A stretch of DNA of 64,000 bases from Bacteroidota bacterium (lineage in GTDB: Bacteria; Bacteroidota; Bacteroidia; NS11-12g; UBA9320). The stretch lies in the NCBI GenBank assembly GCA_016124755.1, contig WGNA01000005.1, positions 178,684 to 242,683 on the forward strand, written 5' to 3'. The position numbers and the translations under genes are program-made. Below, piece after piece: positions 18,582 to 29,139 of the stretch; positions within the stretch are counted from its first letter, which is position 1, and each line of letters begins with the position of its first letter. Under the pieces are notes generated by a model, which was not told the origin of the DNA, did no database searches, and worked only from the letters and a program-made list of their open reading frames with translations.

Positions 18582-21500
18582 ATGTCGATTAAAAAAGGAC
18601 TTGTACTCTTGCTTTTCGCTATCTCAGGTAAAGCATTGTATGCGCAGAAAACAGAAGTTTATCAGCAACCGGAAGAGTTGTTTTATCACGCCGTAGAATT
18701 ATTTGAGAAGAAACTGTACGGACCTTCCATTCAGGAATTTGAACGGTATATGAAATTAGACAAATCCGACAACCTGCTCAGACCTCAGGCGGAAATCTAT
18801 GTGCTGATCAATCACCTTCACCTGAACCACAACAACTCCGATAAAAATCTGGAGAAGCGGCTGGAACAAGGTCCGCAAACCGGAATTAACAACATGGCTC
18901 ACTTTGAACTGGGCAATTATTACTTCCGAACAGGTAATTACCGGAAAGCAGCAAAAGCCTTTGAAGATGTGGATGTTTCCAACCTCTCAAATGACCTGTG
19001 GGAAGAGGCAAACTTTAAAATGGGTTACTCATTTTTTAAAAGTAAAGACTACGAAAAAGCACAGGAACACCTTAATCAGGTTCGCAACAAATCAAAAAGT
19101 ACCTATTACATAGAAGCCAATTATTTCTACGGCTATATCTGTTATGTCCAAAACAAATACGACTGCGCCTTCGAGAGTTTCAAACGAATTGAAAACGACG
19201 GTCCGCAGATCATGTATTTATATATGGCGCAGATGCTTTATGCGAAAAATGATTTTAAAGGCGCACTCGATTATCTCACAAAACACCAATTAGAAAAATA
19301 CCCGGAAGAATTTAATCTGCTCACCGGCAAATGTCATTTCCAACTCGGGGATTATGCCAAAGCCACAACTGCATTTAAAGGAATTTCACTCGAATCAGAA
19401 CTGCTGACCAATGAAGATATTTACATGATTGGCCACACCTTCTTTCTTCAAAAAAATCATCTTAAAGCGCAGGAGGCTTTTATGCGAATTTCCGGTTTGG
19501 AGACTCCGCTGGGACAATTAGCAAACTATGAACTCGCGCAAAGTTTTATTGCAACCGACGAAAAACAAAAAGCCCTTCTTGCATTGGGAACAGCTAAGCG
19601 ACTTGAATTTCAAAAGGAAATTCAGGAGATTGCTCATTACAACTTTGCCAAATTATCATATGAGTTGGGAAATAAAAGTCAGGCGATTCAGGTCACTCAG
19701 GAGTTTATCGACAAATACCCTAAGTCTGAATATGTAGATGACACAAAAGGAATGTTGGCAGACATGCTGGTAAATGCCAAAAACCTGCCTCAGGCTATTC
19801 GTGTATTAGATGAAATTAAAACCTTCAATGAGTCCACTAAAAAAGTTTATCAACGAATAACCTATGCGTGGGCTGAAGAAAGATTTACCGACAACAGCTT
19901 TAAAGAAGCACGCGATTATTTCAACAAATCGGTTCGTTTTACACCCGATCGTCTTAAAGAAGCTCAGGCTTATTTCTGGTTGGGAGAGCTTGATTTTAAA
20001 GACGAAGATTACAATCATGCCATCACCAATTACAACCGTATGTTGAATAACGGTGCGGCAACTTCAAGCCGGTATTACAATACCACGCTTTACAACATTG
20101 GCTATTGCTACTATCTTCTTAAAGACAGAAGTCGCGCATTGAATTACTTTCTGCAATACAAACAGAAAGCTTCGTACAACCAGAACAAAACAGTTTATGC
20201 CGACAACCTGCTTCGACTCGGAGACTGTTACTTTTTGAGCAGTCAGTACGAAAAGGCGAGAGAAGCATACCATCAGGTTTCTGCCGGCAGATATGAAGGT
20301 AGCGATTATGCCTTGTATCAGGAGGGAATAATTTACGGTTTACAACGCAAGCCGGGAGATAAAATCAGTGCGCTGAAACAAATCCAGACCAATTACAAAA
20401 GCTCGGATTATTTGGTAACCGCCATCTATCAGATTGCTGAAACTTACAATCAGGATTTGCAGAACCCGGATATGGCTCTGAGCATGTTTAACCTTATTAT
20501 TAGTCAGCACGAAACAGACAAGTTGGCGCCGTATGCTTATGTAAAAATCGGATTGATTTATTCCCAGAAAAATGAGAATGAAAAAGCGCTGAATTACTGT
20601 AAAACCGTTGTAGAAAAATATCCCAAAACCGAAAGCTCTAAAGAGGCTCTTATCATTATTGAGAGCATCTACAAAAAGATGGATAAAGTTCCGGAGTTCC
20701 TGGAATATGTGTCAACGCTTGAAACCGGAGATTACCGGGTAACCTATCAGGATTCTCTGCTTTATGATGCCGGTTATCAGAAATACCGTTTGGGTAAATG
20801 CGATGAAGCGGAGAAGAATTTTAACGATTACAAAAAGCGTTTTGCTCAGGGATTTTTTATCATCAACACGTATTACTATACGGGGTTGTGTGCTTTTTAC
20901 GATGAAAAATACGACAAGGCAATCGAGAATTTTGAATATGTACACAATCAGGGAGCAACAGATTTCCGGGAAGATGTGAATCTCAAACTTGCGGAGATTT
21001 ATTACTATCAATCACGTTTCGACAAAGCCCTTCCCTACTTCAGTCAGTTAGAACGGATCGCTTCTTCAAAAGACAACTTTGTAAAAGCGCTGATGGGACA
21101 AATGCGTTGCAATTACACTTTGGGAAATCTCGACGCCGCCAAACAAAACGCAACCGCCATCCTTCCGATCGAAAACATCGAATTAGAAAAACTAATTGAA
21201 ACCAATCTTATTCTCGGTAAAATTCAATACCAGACGAATAACATTCTCACGGCCATGTTCCATTTCGATTACGTGGTTAAAGAATCCAAAACCGAAAGAG
21301 GTGCCGAAGCTCAATACTACCGGTGCATGATTCTGTACAAACAACAGAAATACAACGAGAGCCGTGAAGAAATTTTTAAACTCGGAGATCAGTGGGCATC
21401 TTACGAATATTGGGTTGTAAAGGGTTTCATTGTTCTGGCCGACATCTATACGGCAGAAAAGGATTACTTCCAGGCACGCGCTACTTTACAGGGAGTTTTA

Positions 21501-21593
21501 GATGCGTATCATGGAGATCAGTCCATTATCAACGAAGCGAACGACAAGTTGAAAAAGCTGAGTGAATTAGAAAAAAACCAGAAGAAGAAATAA
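18582..21593 (+). CDS. Large periplasmic tetratricopeptide-repeat protein (conserved Bacteroidota family)
   Basis: Many TPR helices. True start is MSIKK at 18582 (signal peptide, upstream promoter); the longer ORF start runs through repeats. Confidence 0.88.
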   Translation: MSIKKGLVLLLFAISGKALYAQKTEVYQQPEELFYHAVELFEKKLYGPSIQEFERYMKLDKSDNLLRPQAEIYVLINHLHLNHNNSDKNLEKRLEQGPQTGINNMAHFELGNYYFRTGNYRKAAKAFEDVDVSNLSNDLWEEANFKMGYSFFKSKDYEKAQEHLNQVRNKSKSTYYIEANYFYGYICYVQNKYDCAFESFKRIENDGPQIMYLYMAQMLYAKNDFKGALDYLTKHQLEKYPEEFNLLTGKCHFQLGDYAKATTAFKGISLESELLTNEDIYMIGHTFFLQKNHLKAQEAFMRISGLETPLGQLANYELAQSFIATDEKQKALLALGTAKRLEFQKEIQEIAHYNFAKLSYELGNKSQAIQVTQEFIDKYPKSEYVDDTKGMLADMLVNAKNLPQAIRVLDEIKTFNESTKKVYQRITYAWAEERFTDNSFKEARDYFNKSVRFTPDRLKEAQAYFWLGELDFKDEDYNHAITNYNRMLNNGAATSSRYYNTTLYNIGYCYYLLKDRSRALNYFLQYKQKASYNQNKTVYADNLLRLGDCYFLSSQYEKAREAYHQVSAGRYEGSDYALYQEGIIYGLQRKPGDKISALKQIQTNYKSSDYLVTAIYQIAETYNQDLQNPDMALSMFNLIISQHETDKLAPYAYVKIGLIYSQKNENEKALNYCKTVVEKYPKTESSKEALIIIESIYKKMDKVPEFLEYVSTLETGDYRVTYQDSLLYDAGYQKYRLGKCDEAEKNFNDYKKRFAQGFFIINTYYYTGLCAFYDEKYDKAIENFEYVHNQGATDFREDVNLKLAEIYYYQSRFDKALPYFSQLERIASSKDNFVKALMGQMRCNYTLGNLDAAKQNATAILPIENIELEKLIETNLILGKIQYQTNNILTAMFHFDYVVKESKTERGAEAQYYRCMILYKQQKYNESREEIFKLGDQWASYEYWVVKGFIVLADIYTAEKDYFQARATLQGVLDAYHGDQSIINEANDKLKKLSELEKNQKKK

Positions 21594-22499
21594 TTAGTTA
21601 TGGGTTTGAGAAGCCTTGTATTGTTCGTAAAGGCTTCTCACAATTCCATCTGAAAGACCGGTTTTGGGAACATAAATTTTCTTGGTTCCGGTAATATTTA
21701 TGATGTCTAAAAAGATTTCGCTTGCCGGAACTATCACATCCGAACGATCCGGATTTAGTTGGTAATTAATGATCTTTTCGGTGTCGCTCTTGTCTTTTAT
21801 TTCATTATAAAATTCTTCCAGAGCATGAGTTGTAATGTGCAAATCACTCACCCGCCTTCTTTTAATTTTATAAATCTTATTAATGTTTCCACCGGATCCG
21901 AGGATTGGAACACCGCTGTTACCTGCACCCACTTCATGCAACCAATCGTGCAGACGTGACCACTCTGATTTTTCAACGGTTTTATGCAACGACCGGATGG
22001 TGCCGATGTTGAAAGACTCTTTAGCGGATTTATTTTTAGAATGAAAAGTGAGTTCCGTGCTTCCTCCACCCACATCGACAAACAACACTTTATTTTTTCT
22101 AACATGAAGAAAGGAAGGTACTTCTTCTCCGGAAATTACATTCGCTTCTTCCTCACCCGAAATTACATTGATTTTAATGCCGCATTCTCGTTCAACATGT
22201 TCAACAATGTACGGTGTATTCGCCGCATCCCGCATTGCAGAAGTTGCATAGGCACGGTAATCAACTATAGTTTGGGTATCCATCAAATGCCGGAAAGAGT
22301 GCATGGTACTGATGAGCTTTTTCTCGTTTTCGATGGAAATTCTCCCGAACCGAAAAGCATCTTCACCCAATCGCAACGGCACCCGAAGCAGAATTCCTTT
22401 TCTGAAATAAGGGCCTGCTTCCGTTTCAAATACATAACACAACAAAAAGCGAATTGCGTTGGAACCGATATCAATGGAAGCAAATTGTAGAAAATCCAA
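21594..22499 (-). CDS. ppx: Exopolyphosphatase, Ppx/GppA family
   Basis: IDIGSNAIR, ATSAMRDA, SGEEEA, DVGGGSTE. Confidence 0.92.
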   Translation of the reverse strand: MDFLQFASIDIGSNAIRFLLCYVFETEAGPYFRKGILLRVPLRLGEDAFRFGRISIENEKKLISTMHSFRHLMDTQTIVDYRAYATSAMRDAANTPYIVEHVERECGIKINVISGEEEANVISGEEVPSFLHVRKNKVLFVDVGGGSTELTFHSKNKSAKESFNIGTIRSLHKTVEKSEWSRLHDWLHEVGAGNSGVPILGSGGNINKIYKIKRRRVSDLHITTHALEEFYNEIKDKSDTEKIINYQLNPDRSDVIVPASEIFLDIINITGTKKIYVPKTGLSDGIVRSLYEQYKASQTHN

Positions 22500-22505
22500 A
22501 GGCCT

Positions 22506-24548
22506 TTATCTTTTGCTCAAATATTTATAAAAATCTTCCTGACTTCGAATCTTTTTATCCCCAGCCCGTCGATACGAATTTGACATGTCCCGATCGAAAT
22601 AACGGGCCTTTGTGTTGTCTGCCATTTGAATCCTCACAAACTGTTGAATTTCTTTTTTAATTCTCGGATCGTAAACCGGAGTTGCAACTTCAATCCGGAA
22701 ATCCAGATTTCTTGTCATCCAGTCTGCAGATGCCAGATAATATTTTCTGCCGGTTCCTAAGCCAAAAATAAAAATGCGGGCATGTTCTAAATATTTATCC
22801 AGAATACTAATGGCGGAAATGTTTTCACTGGTTCCATTTTCACCGGGAATGAGCGAACACATGCCCCGAACAATCAGGTCGATCTGAACTCCTTCTGCGG
22901 ATGCCTGGTACAATTTGCGAATCATTCCTTCATCCACCAGACTGTTCAGCTTAAGAAATATGTACGCCCTTTTACCCCGCTGGGCTTTTTTAATTTCGTT
23001 GTCGATTAATCTTTCTAAACCGGATCTCAAATAAATCGGACTCACCAACAAATGATTAAATCGAACTCTTACGTATGGTTTTTCAATAAACCGAAAGACT
23101 TTTTCAACCTCTTCAGTTAACCGGTTGTCGGCTGTGAGCAACGACATATCCGAATAAACATTCGCAGTTCCTTCATGGAAATTACCGGTTCCGATGTGCG
23201 CGACTTTTCGAATCGTTCCTTCCGATTTGGCCGTGATTAAAATTAGCTTCGAATGAATTTTTAATCCGGGAACACCTAAGATCATTTTAACGCCAGCGTC
23301 TGTGAGAACCTTCGCCCATTGAAGATTGGCTTCCTCGTCAAAACGGGCTTGCAGCTCGATTACCACCACGACATCCTTCCCGTTTTTGGCCGCGTTCACC
23401 AGTGCATTAATAATTTTAGAATCATCCGCCAAACGATACAGGGTAATAAAAATGGACTGAACTTTTGGAGAAATAGCAGCTTCCCGCAACATGTCAATCA
23501 CATAATCAAATGCCTGATACGGATAGTGAAGCAAAACATCCTTCTCGTAAATGGCTGTCAAGATGGAATTAAATCCTTCGAGGTATTTGTGTTTTAAAGA
23601 AGGTCTTTTCGGATTTTCAAGACTTTGCCGACCCACGTTCGGGAATTTCATGAAGTCTTTAAAATTGTGATAACGCCCGCCGGAAATAATACTCTCTTCT
23701 TCAACAATTTTAAATTTCTTGAGCAACAACTTCAGGCTATGAACCGGCATGTTTTCGTCGTAAATAAAACGAACCGGCTCTCCGCGTTTCCGGTTCTCCA
23801 AACTCTTTCGCATCTTATCGTAAAACCCGACAACCACGTCGTCGTCGATATCGAGTTCTGCATCACGCGTTATTTTGAAAACATGAGAATCAATAACGTC
23901 GTAATCAAAAATGCTGTAGATGCGGGAAAGGTTGGCGCGAATTACATCGTCGAGATAGATGATGTATTTGTTGCCTTTATGCTGAGGCAAAACGATAAAC
24001 CGACTCACATTTCCCCGTGGAATTTCAATAAGGCTATACTGAATATTTGATGGTTTCGATTTTTTATAAAAATGCACCATCAGGTAAATGGAGTCGTCGT
24101 TGAGATGATGAAGTTTTTTGTTCTTCTTGATCATTATCGGAACAATCTGCGGCTCGACTTTATTGAGATAATAGTCTTTTACATATTGCATTTGTTCCTC
24201 GGTGATCGACTTTTCATCGGTGATAAAAATGTTCTCCTGAGCGAGTTCTTTAATAATGTTCTGATAAATCTTATCGAACCTGCCCTGTTGTTTTACCACG
24301 ATGTCGTGAATTTCATTGAGCAATTCCGCGGGAGATTCTCGAAAGGTAACATCGCCCCTTCTGTGAAATTTAAGAAGTCGTCGAACGGTGGCTACCCGAA
24401 CTCTGAAAAATTCATCCAGATTGTTTGAAAAAATTCCCAGAAAGCGCATCCGTTCAACCAAAGGATTGTTCGGGTCTTCTGCTTCCTGCAAAACCCGTTC
24501 ATTGAAAGAGAGCCAACTGATCTCTCTGTTGATTAATTCCACCGACAT
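22506..24548 (-). CDS. ppk1: Polyphosphate kinase 1
   Basis: NREISWLSFNERVLQEA, LLHYPY, ELQARFDEE, KIHSK, GTGNF, LEHAR, SADWMTRNLD. Confidence 0.97.
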   Translation of the reverse strand: MSVELINREISWLSFNERVLQEAEDPNNPLVERMRFLGIFSNNLDEFFRVRVATVRRLLKFHRRGDVTFRESPAELLNEIHDIVVKQQGRFDKIYQNIIKELAQENIFITDEKSITEEQMQYVKDYYLNKVEPQIVPIMIKKNKKLHHLNDDSIYLMVHFYKKSKPSNIQYSLIEIPRGNVSRFIVLPQHKGNKYIIYLDDVIRANLSRIYSIFDYDVIDSHVFKITRDAELDIDDDVVVGFYDKMRKSLENRKRGEPVRFIYDENMPVHSLKLLLKKFKIVEEESIISGGRYHNFKDFMKFPNVGRQSLENPKRPSLKHKYLEGFNSILTAIYEKDVLLHYPYQAFDYVIDMLREAAISPKVQSIFITLYRLADDSKIINALVNAAKNGKDVVVVIELQARFDEEANLQWAKVLTDAGVKMILGVPGLKIHSKLILITAKSEGTIRKVAHIGTGNFHEGTANVYSDMSLLTADNRLTEEVEKVFRFIEKPYVRVRFNHLLVSPIYLRSGLERLIDNEIKKAQRGKRAYIFLKLNSLVDEGMIRKLYQASAEGVQIDLIVRGMCSLIPGENGTSENISAISILDKYLEHARIFIFGLGTGRKYYLASADWMTRNLDFRIEVATPVYDPRIKKEIQQFVRIQMADNTKARYFDRDMSNSYRRAGDKKIRSQEDFYKYLSKR

Positions 24549-24613
24549 TATGGGGCAAAAATAGATTTGCCATGTTAACTCCGGCTGTTGGTGAATTGAG
24601 TGAGGATAATTTA

Positions 24614-25372
24614 TTAGTAATTCAGCAAATAAGAGATGCTCATTCGAAATGTGTAACTCTGGGTTTTTACCGAAGATAAAAATCCGTTGCTGTCTTCAAT
24701 TGGGTTTCCGTAACGGTCAACCACATATTCTTTTTGAGTTCCGCGACCGTATTTAATGTTGAATTCAACCGGATTGTATCCTCGCCAGAAATGAATCCCC
24801 AAAGTAGCCACCGGCATTACCCAACCTTTTCTGGATGCAGCACTGGATGTGTTCTGATCCTGCATGCTGATTAAACCAATTTTGTTGAACTCAAGTCCGC
24901 CGCCGAAAGAAATTCCGAAATCTTTCTCACAGGTATAGGTTGAACCGGAACCCACATACATTTTTAATAAGATGGGAATTTGAATGGAACCGATTCCCTC
25001 AACTCCGATTACGCTGTTACTGGTTGGTACCGAATTACCCAAACCAATGCTAAAAGGCGAACTAACTGCAAGCGCCGAATTTTTATCAAACTCCTGAAGA
25101 TTTAACCGCGGCTCAAGTCCGAATGAAAAGAGATTAATATTAAAACTCTGAATCGGTGCATTGACAAATATTTTATTCCCACTAACATCTACGTTGCCCG
25201 TCCATACATTTTCAAAACGCAAAGGAGATTGTGCAAAGTCGAGATAAGTTGAAGAATGAAAAGCGACAAAAAATCGATCCTGAAGATCGGTTGAGGTGTT
25301 ATTCTGAGCTTTTGATGTTGTTACAATCCCTGTAAAACATAAAGCAATGGATAGTGTTCGGAATAATTTCAT
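24614..25372 (-). CDS. Hypothetical outer-membrane beta-barrel protein
   Basis: Signal peptide, alternating strands, aromatic C-terminus (ISYLLNY). Confidence 0.6.
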   Translation of the reverse strand: MKLFRTLSIALCFTGIVTTSKAQNNTSTDLQDRFFVAFHSSTYLDFAQSPLRFENVWTGNVDVSGNKIFVNAPIQSFNINLFSFGLEPRLNLQEFDKNSALAVSSPFSIGLGNSVPTSNSVIGVEGIGSIQIPILLKMYVGSGSTYTCEKDFGISFGGGLEFNKIGLISMQDQNTSSAASRKGWVMPVATLGIHFWRGYNPVEFNIKYGRGTQKEYVVDRYGNPIEDSNGFLSSVKTQSYTFRMSISYLLNY

Positions 25373-25433
25373 CGTGTGAATTCAAATATACAACGCCACC
25401 CGCTATTCAAGGGTTTGGTTTACGTGTAAGTTT

Positions 25434-26693
25434 TCAAACATCCTTGCGTATAAGGCGATCCGGAGTTTCCGATTGAAGTGCCGACAACAGAAAAATCGTG
25501 GTGATAATAATTCCTAATTGTCGTTCGAGAACCGATTCTAATAAAAAGGAAACAAGCAAAACACCGGTTATAACCATTACAATCGGTTGTATTCGAAACT
25601 GTGCTCCCATTAAAATAAACAGGAGTGTGATTAGAATAAAACCGGCAACTCCGAAGACTAACCAACTTTCTAAAAATTCGTTGTGCGGACCAATTCTGTT
25701 TTCCGGATACAATTCACTTTTCCTGAGATCGTAAGCTTCCTGCAATCGACTTTCGGCATTTCTCAATCCGGTTCCGGTAAACGGATCCCGTTGTATCACG
25801 TACCATGCAGATTTCCATGCTTCGATGCGCATGGCAAGCGATTTATAATTGAGATCCTTCCCGCTGTTGACAGACTGAAAATCCTGAATCGAATTTTTCA
25901 CCTTGTTGTGTAGTGAAGGGATTATCAGATACGCTACAATCGGAATGATTACCGCTCCCAAGATCAATGTCGATTTGATTTTGGTTTCTTTAATTCTGAA
26001 AAACAACCACACGACCAAGAGAAAAACCGAAAAATAAAACCCGACCAATCCGGTCCGGGAGGCCAGAAGATGAAGGCAAAGCAACTGAACAATGAGGTTG
26101 ATTTTCCAAAACCAACCCGATTTTCTGATAACCACATAATATGCACTCATCCACACCGCAACCGAGAGGTACATGCCAAAATAAATATGATGTGTTCCTC
26201 CGAATACCGGAATGTGTTTCGACTGCAGCAACAAAAGATTGATCTCCTCAAAATGCAGCAGATAGTTAATGGAACTAATAACCGCCACCAGCGTAATTAC
26301 ACCAGCCAAAAGGCCAAAGAAGAATTCATTTAAATTAAAAGAAACCTTTAACCGTATAAGATAACCCGGAATAAAAAGCAGCGGTAGTTTCATAACCAGA
26401 TCCCGGGAAACTTCTTTTGAAAAACCACGGAATATTCCGTCTGCCAACACCAGCATCCACAGAATGGCAAACAGAATTGCCAGTAAATTTTCCTTTTTAT
26501 TAAAATCGAGAACCAGACTTTTATGCCGGATAGATGTGATCAGATCAATTAACCAAACCAAAGCCATGAGGCCAATGGAAATTGAAACTACAGCACGGGC
26601 AAAAAAGAGCGAAAGGAACAGCAGAGCCAACGGGAGTAATTTCCAGTTAGCCTTTAGAAAAGATTGAAAATTATCTCGCGTAACTGATTTCAA
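25434..26693 (-). CDS. O-antigen ligase (Wzy_C) family membrane protein
   Basis: ~12 TM helices; LASRTG, R...W...PFTGTG, GPHNEFL. Confidence 0.85.
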   Translation of the reverse strand: MKSVTRDNFQSFLKANWKLLPLALLFLSLFFARAVVSISIGLMALVWLIDLITSIRHKSLVLDFNKKENLLAILFAILWMLVLADGIFRGFSKEVSRDLVMKLPLLFIPGYLIRLKVSFNLNEFFFGLLAGVITLVAVISSINYLLHFEEINLLLLQSKHIPVFGGTHHIYFGMYLSVAVWMSAYYVVIRKSGWFWKINLIVQLLCLHLLASRTGLVGFYFSVFLLVVWLFFRIKETKIKSTLILGAVIIPIVAYLIIPSLHNKVKNSIQDFQSVNSGKDLNYKSLAMRIEAWKSAWYVIQRDPFTGTGLRNAESRLQEAYDLRKSELYPENRIGPHNEFLESWLVFGVAGFILITLLFILMGAQFRIQPIVMVITGVLLVSFLLESVLERQLGIIITTIFLLSALQSETPDRLIRKDV

Positions 26694-27627
26694 CCGGTTT
26701 TCCTTCTTGGAGTTGAATGTAGTCCATAGCGGCCTGAGTTAACCGGATTATATCGTTTCCTTCTGCAGACTCCATGGAATGATTCGCTACAACTTTAACA
26801 AAAACTGCCTTTTTATTCGAAGGATTTGTAACCATTATCGTGGTTCCGATTGGTGCCGAATGATGAGAACATACGCGTGACTGCTCGCCTTTTTCAATTG
26901 TATAATTTTCGGCAACTCCCCGCTCCCAGATTTTCTCCATATCGAATTCGGCAATTTTTTCAACCTTCTTCTGATAGGAAGTTGAATTCACGGCAGAATT
27001 TGCAGCGGCGGTATTCACGTTGGTTTGAGCTGCCAATTGTTTTGTGGTTTTAATTTCCTTTTGCAGACTGTCGACCTTTTCTTTCATTTCTTTGGTCTGA
27101 GTCTGTTGCGTCGGGGAATCTCCGGAAGGTACCAGCAATTCCATTCCTTCTTTTATTTCGGTTGATTCCAGATTGTTCAGCTCTTTTAAAACATCAACTT
27201 TGGTTTTATAAAGCACCGAAATCGAATAAAGCGTTTCGCCTTTCTGAACTGTGTGATATTTGGCAAACGTGGATTTTCTGGAATCAGAATTACCGGTTGA
27301 GGCATTGGAGGAGTTTGATTTGGATTGCTGATCCCCGTCAAAATATTCCTTCACAACTTTTTCTTCAAACGGTGCGTCTTTACCGGTTGGAACCAGAATT
27401 ATCTGGTCGGGATGCAGCGTCTGATCTGCCCCGGGATTGTTGGCAAGCAAGTCTTTTAATGCTACGTTGTACTTCCGGGCAATTCCATACAAACCTTCCG
27501 ATTTTTCAACTTTATGCATGATGAAAATTTTCCCGTTTTTCACCTTGGTACCAACCGAATCCACCGGTCCGGCGAGGGCCGATAAAGTTGAGAAAAGTAT
27601 TACTATTAAAAAGGCAGCTTTTTTCAT
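26671..27627 (-). CDS. LysM peptidoglycan-binding protein with C-terminal RlpA-like double-psi barrel
   Basis: Two LysM domains (HKVEKSEGLYGIARKY; HTVQKGETLYSIS); H.SAPIGT..VTNP...VFVKV. Confidence 0.85.
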   Translation of the reverse strand: MKKAAFLIVILFSTLSALAGPVDSVGTKVKNGKIFIMHKVEKSEGLYGIARKYNVALKDLLANNPGADQTLHPDQIILVPTGKDAPFEEKVVKEYFDGDQQSKSNSSNASTGNSDSRKSTFAKYHTVQKGETLYSISVLYKTKVDVLKELNNLESTEIKEGMELLVPSGDSPTQQTQTKEMKEKVDSLQKEIKTTKQLAAQTNVNTAAANSAVNSTSYQKKVEKIAEFDMEKIWERGVAENYTIEKGEQSRVCSHHSAPIGTTIMVTNPSNKKAVFVKVVANHSMESAEGNDIIRLTQAAMDYIQLQEGKPVEISYAR

Positions 27628-27759
27628 TCCGATAATTTTAACGATTGAGAACGCTTTGGTTTTCAAACAATATTCGATGCGAAATTAGTACGCATTACCG
27701 CTTCAATTGAGGTATTTTGCAGCCTCAATATCCATAAGTCTAACGGCATTGAGTATTAA

Positions 27760-29139
27760 ATGAAACACTTTGCTCTTCTTGTTATCTGCCTCTTTCAGAT
27801 TAGTGTATATGCACAAACCAAAGAATTAAAAGTTGTTCAGTTCGACATTCGGGAAGACATCGCTCCGTCTGCAACGCGAATGGTTCAGAAAGGGTTTGGC
27901 AAAGCCCGCGAAGTAGATGCCGATTTTGTAATTATTCACATGGATACGTATGGCGGTTTATTAACCGATGCAGACTCAATCCGTAAAACGATTCTCAATG
28001 CTCCCATGCCCGTGATTGTCTTTATTGATAAAAATGCCGCATCTGCAGGAGCCTTAATTTCATTGGCATGTGACCGTATTTATATGTCGCCCGGAGCAAC
28101 AATCGGATCAGCAACAGTGGTAAACGAAGGCGGGGAAGTTTTACCCGATAAATATCAATCGTACATGCGATCTATTATGAGAGCCACCGCAGAAAGTCAT
28201 GGCCGGGATACGCTCATTAAAAACGGTGATACGCTCATCCGGTTCAAAAGAAATCCGGCAATTGCCGAAGCCATGGTCGATGAGCGAATCGCGATACCAG
28301 ACGTGGTAGATAGTGGGAGGATTGCGGCATTTACCAGTGCCGAAGCCATCAAAATTCGTTTCTGCGACGGAGAGGCGAATTCCATTTCGGAGGTTTTGCA
28401 AAAAGAAGGTATAAGCCATTATGAATTAATAGAAGTGAAGAAAACCGGTATAGACAAGTTGATCGGTTTCCTCTCCGCTCCCGCCATCCAGGGAATTTTA
28501 ATCATGTTCATTTTCTGGGGAATTTTCTTTGAGTTAAGAACACCCGGAATCGGCTTTCCCCTTCTCGCGGCTTCCATCAGCGCCCTGCTTTACTTTGCTC
28601 CCCTTTATCTCGACGGCTTAGCCCAAAACTGGGAAATCCTTCTTTTTGTAATCGGACTCATACTCATCATTCTCGAAATATTTGTGATACCCGGATTTGG
28701 CGTAACCGGTATTACCGGAATTGTTCTCACTATTACCAGTTTGATTCTGAGCCTCGTGAGAAATGTGAATTTTGATTTTTCAGAAACCAATGCCACAGAC
28801 TTGAATAAAGCCCTTCTCATCGTGATATTTTCTCTGGTCGGCTTTGTCGTCGGTCTCATACTCTTCGGAAAAGGATTTATGAATTCTCCACTCAGTAAAC
28901 GTTTGGTGCTGAGCGATACATTGGAAAATGCCCGGGTAGGAAAACCGGCTTCCGGGGGAGATTCACTTGTGGGACAAACCGGTATTGCCCGAACCGCCAT
29001 TCGTCCGATGGGCAAAATCATGATTGGCGATGTGATGTACGACGTGAAAAGTCAGGGTGAATTTATTGAAGAAGGTTCCGGGGTAAGAGTAATTTCACGA
29101 GAGTTCAGTTATTGGATCGTCGTAAGAAACAACGCTTGA
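27760..29139 (+). CDS. nfeD: NfeD family membrane-bound serine protease (ClpP-like)
   Basis: DTYGG, NAASAGALI, EIFVIPGFG, C-terminal OB-fold (G.A.T.IRP.G). Confidence 0.88.
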   Translation: MKHFALLVICLFQISVYAQTKELKVVQFDIREDIAPSATRMVQKGFGKAREVDADFVIIHMDTYGGLLTDADSIRKTILNAPMPVIVFIDKNAASAGALISLACDRIYMSPGATIGSATVVNEGGEVLPDKYQSYMRSIMRATAESHGRDTLIKNGDTLIRFKRNPAIAEAMVDERIAIPDVVDSGRIAAFTSAEAIKIRFCDGEANSISEVLQKEGISHYELIEVKKTGIDKLIGFLSAPAIQGILIMFIFWGIFFELRTPGIGFPLLAASISALLYFAPLYLDGLAQNWEILLFVIGLILIILEIFVIPGFGVTGITGIVLTITSLILSLVRNVNFDFSETNATDLNKALLIVIFSLVGFVVGLILFGKGFMNSPLSKRLVLSDTLENARVGKPASGGDSLVGQTGIARTAIRPMGKIMIGDVMYDVKSQGEFIEEGSGVRVISREFSYWIVVRNNA

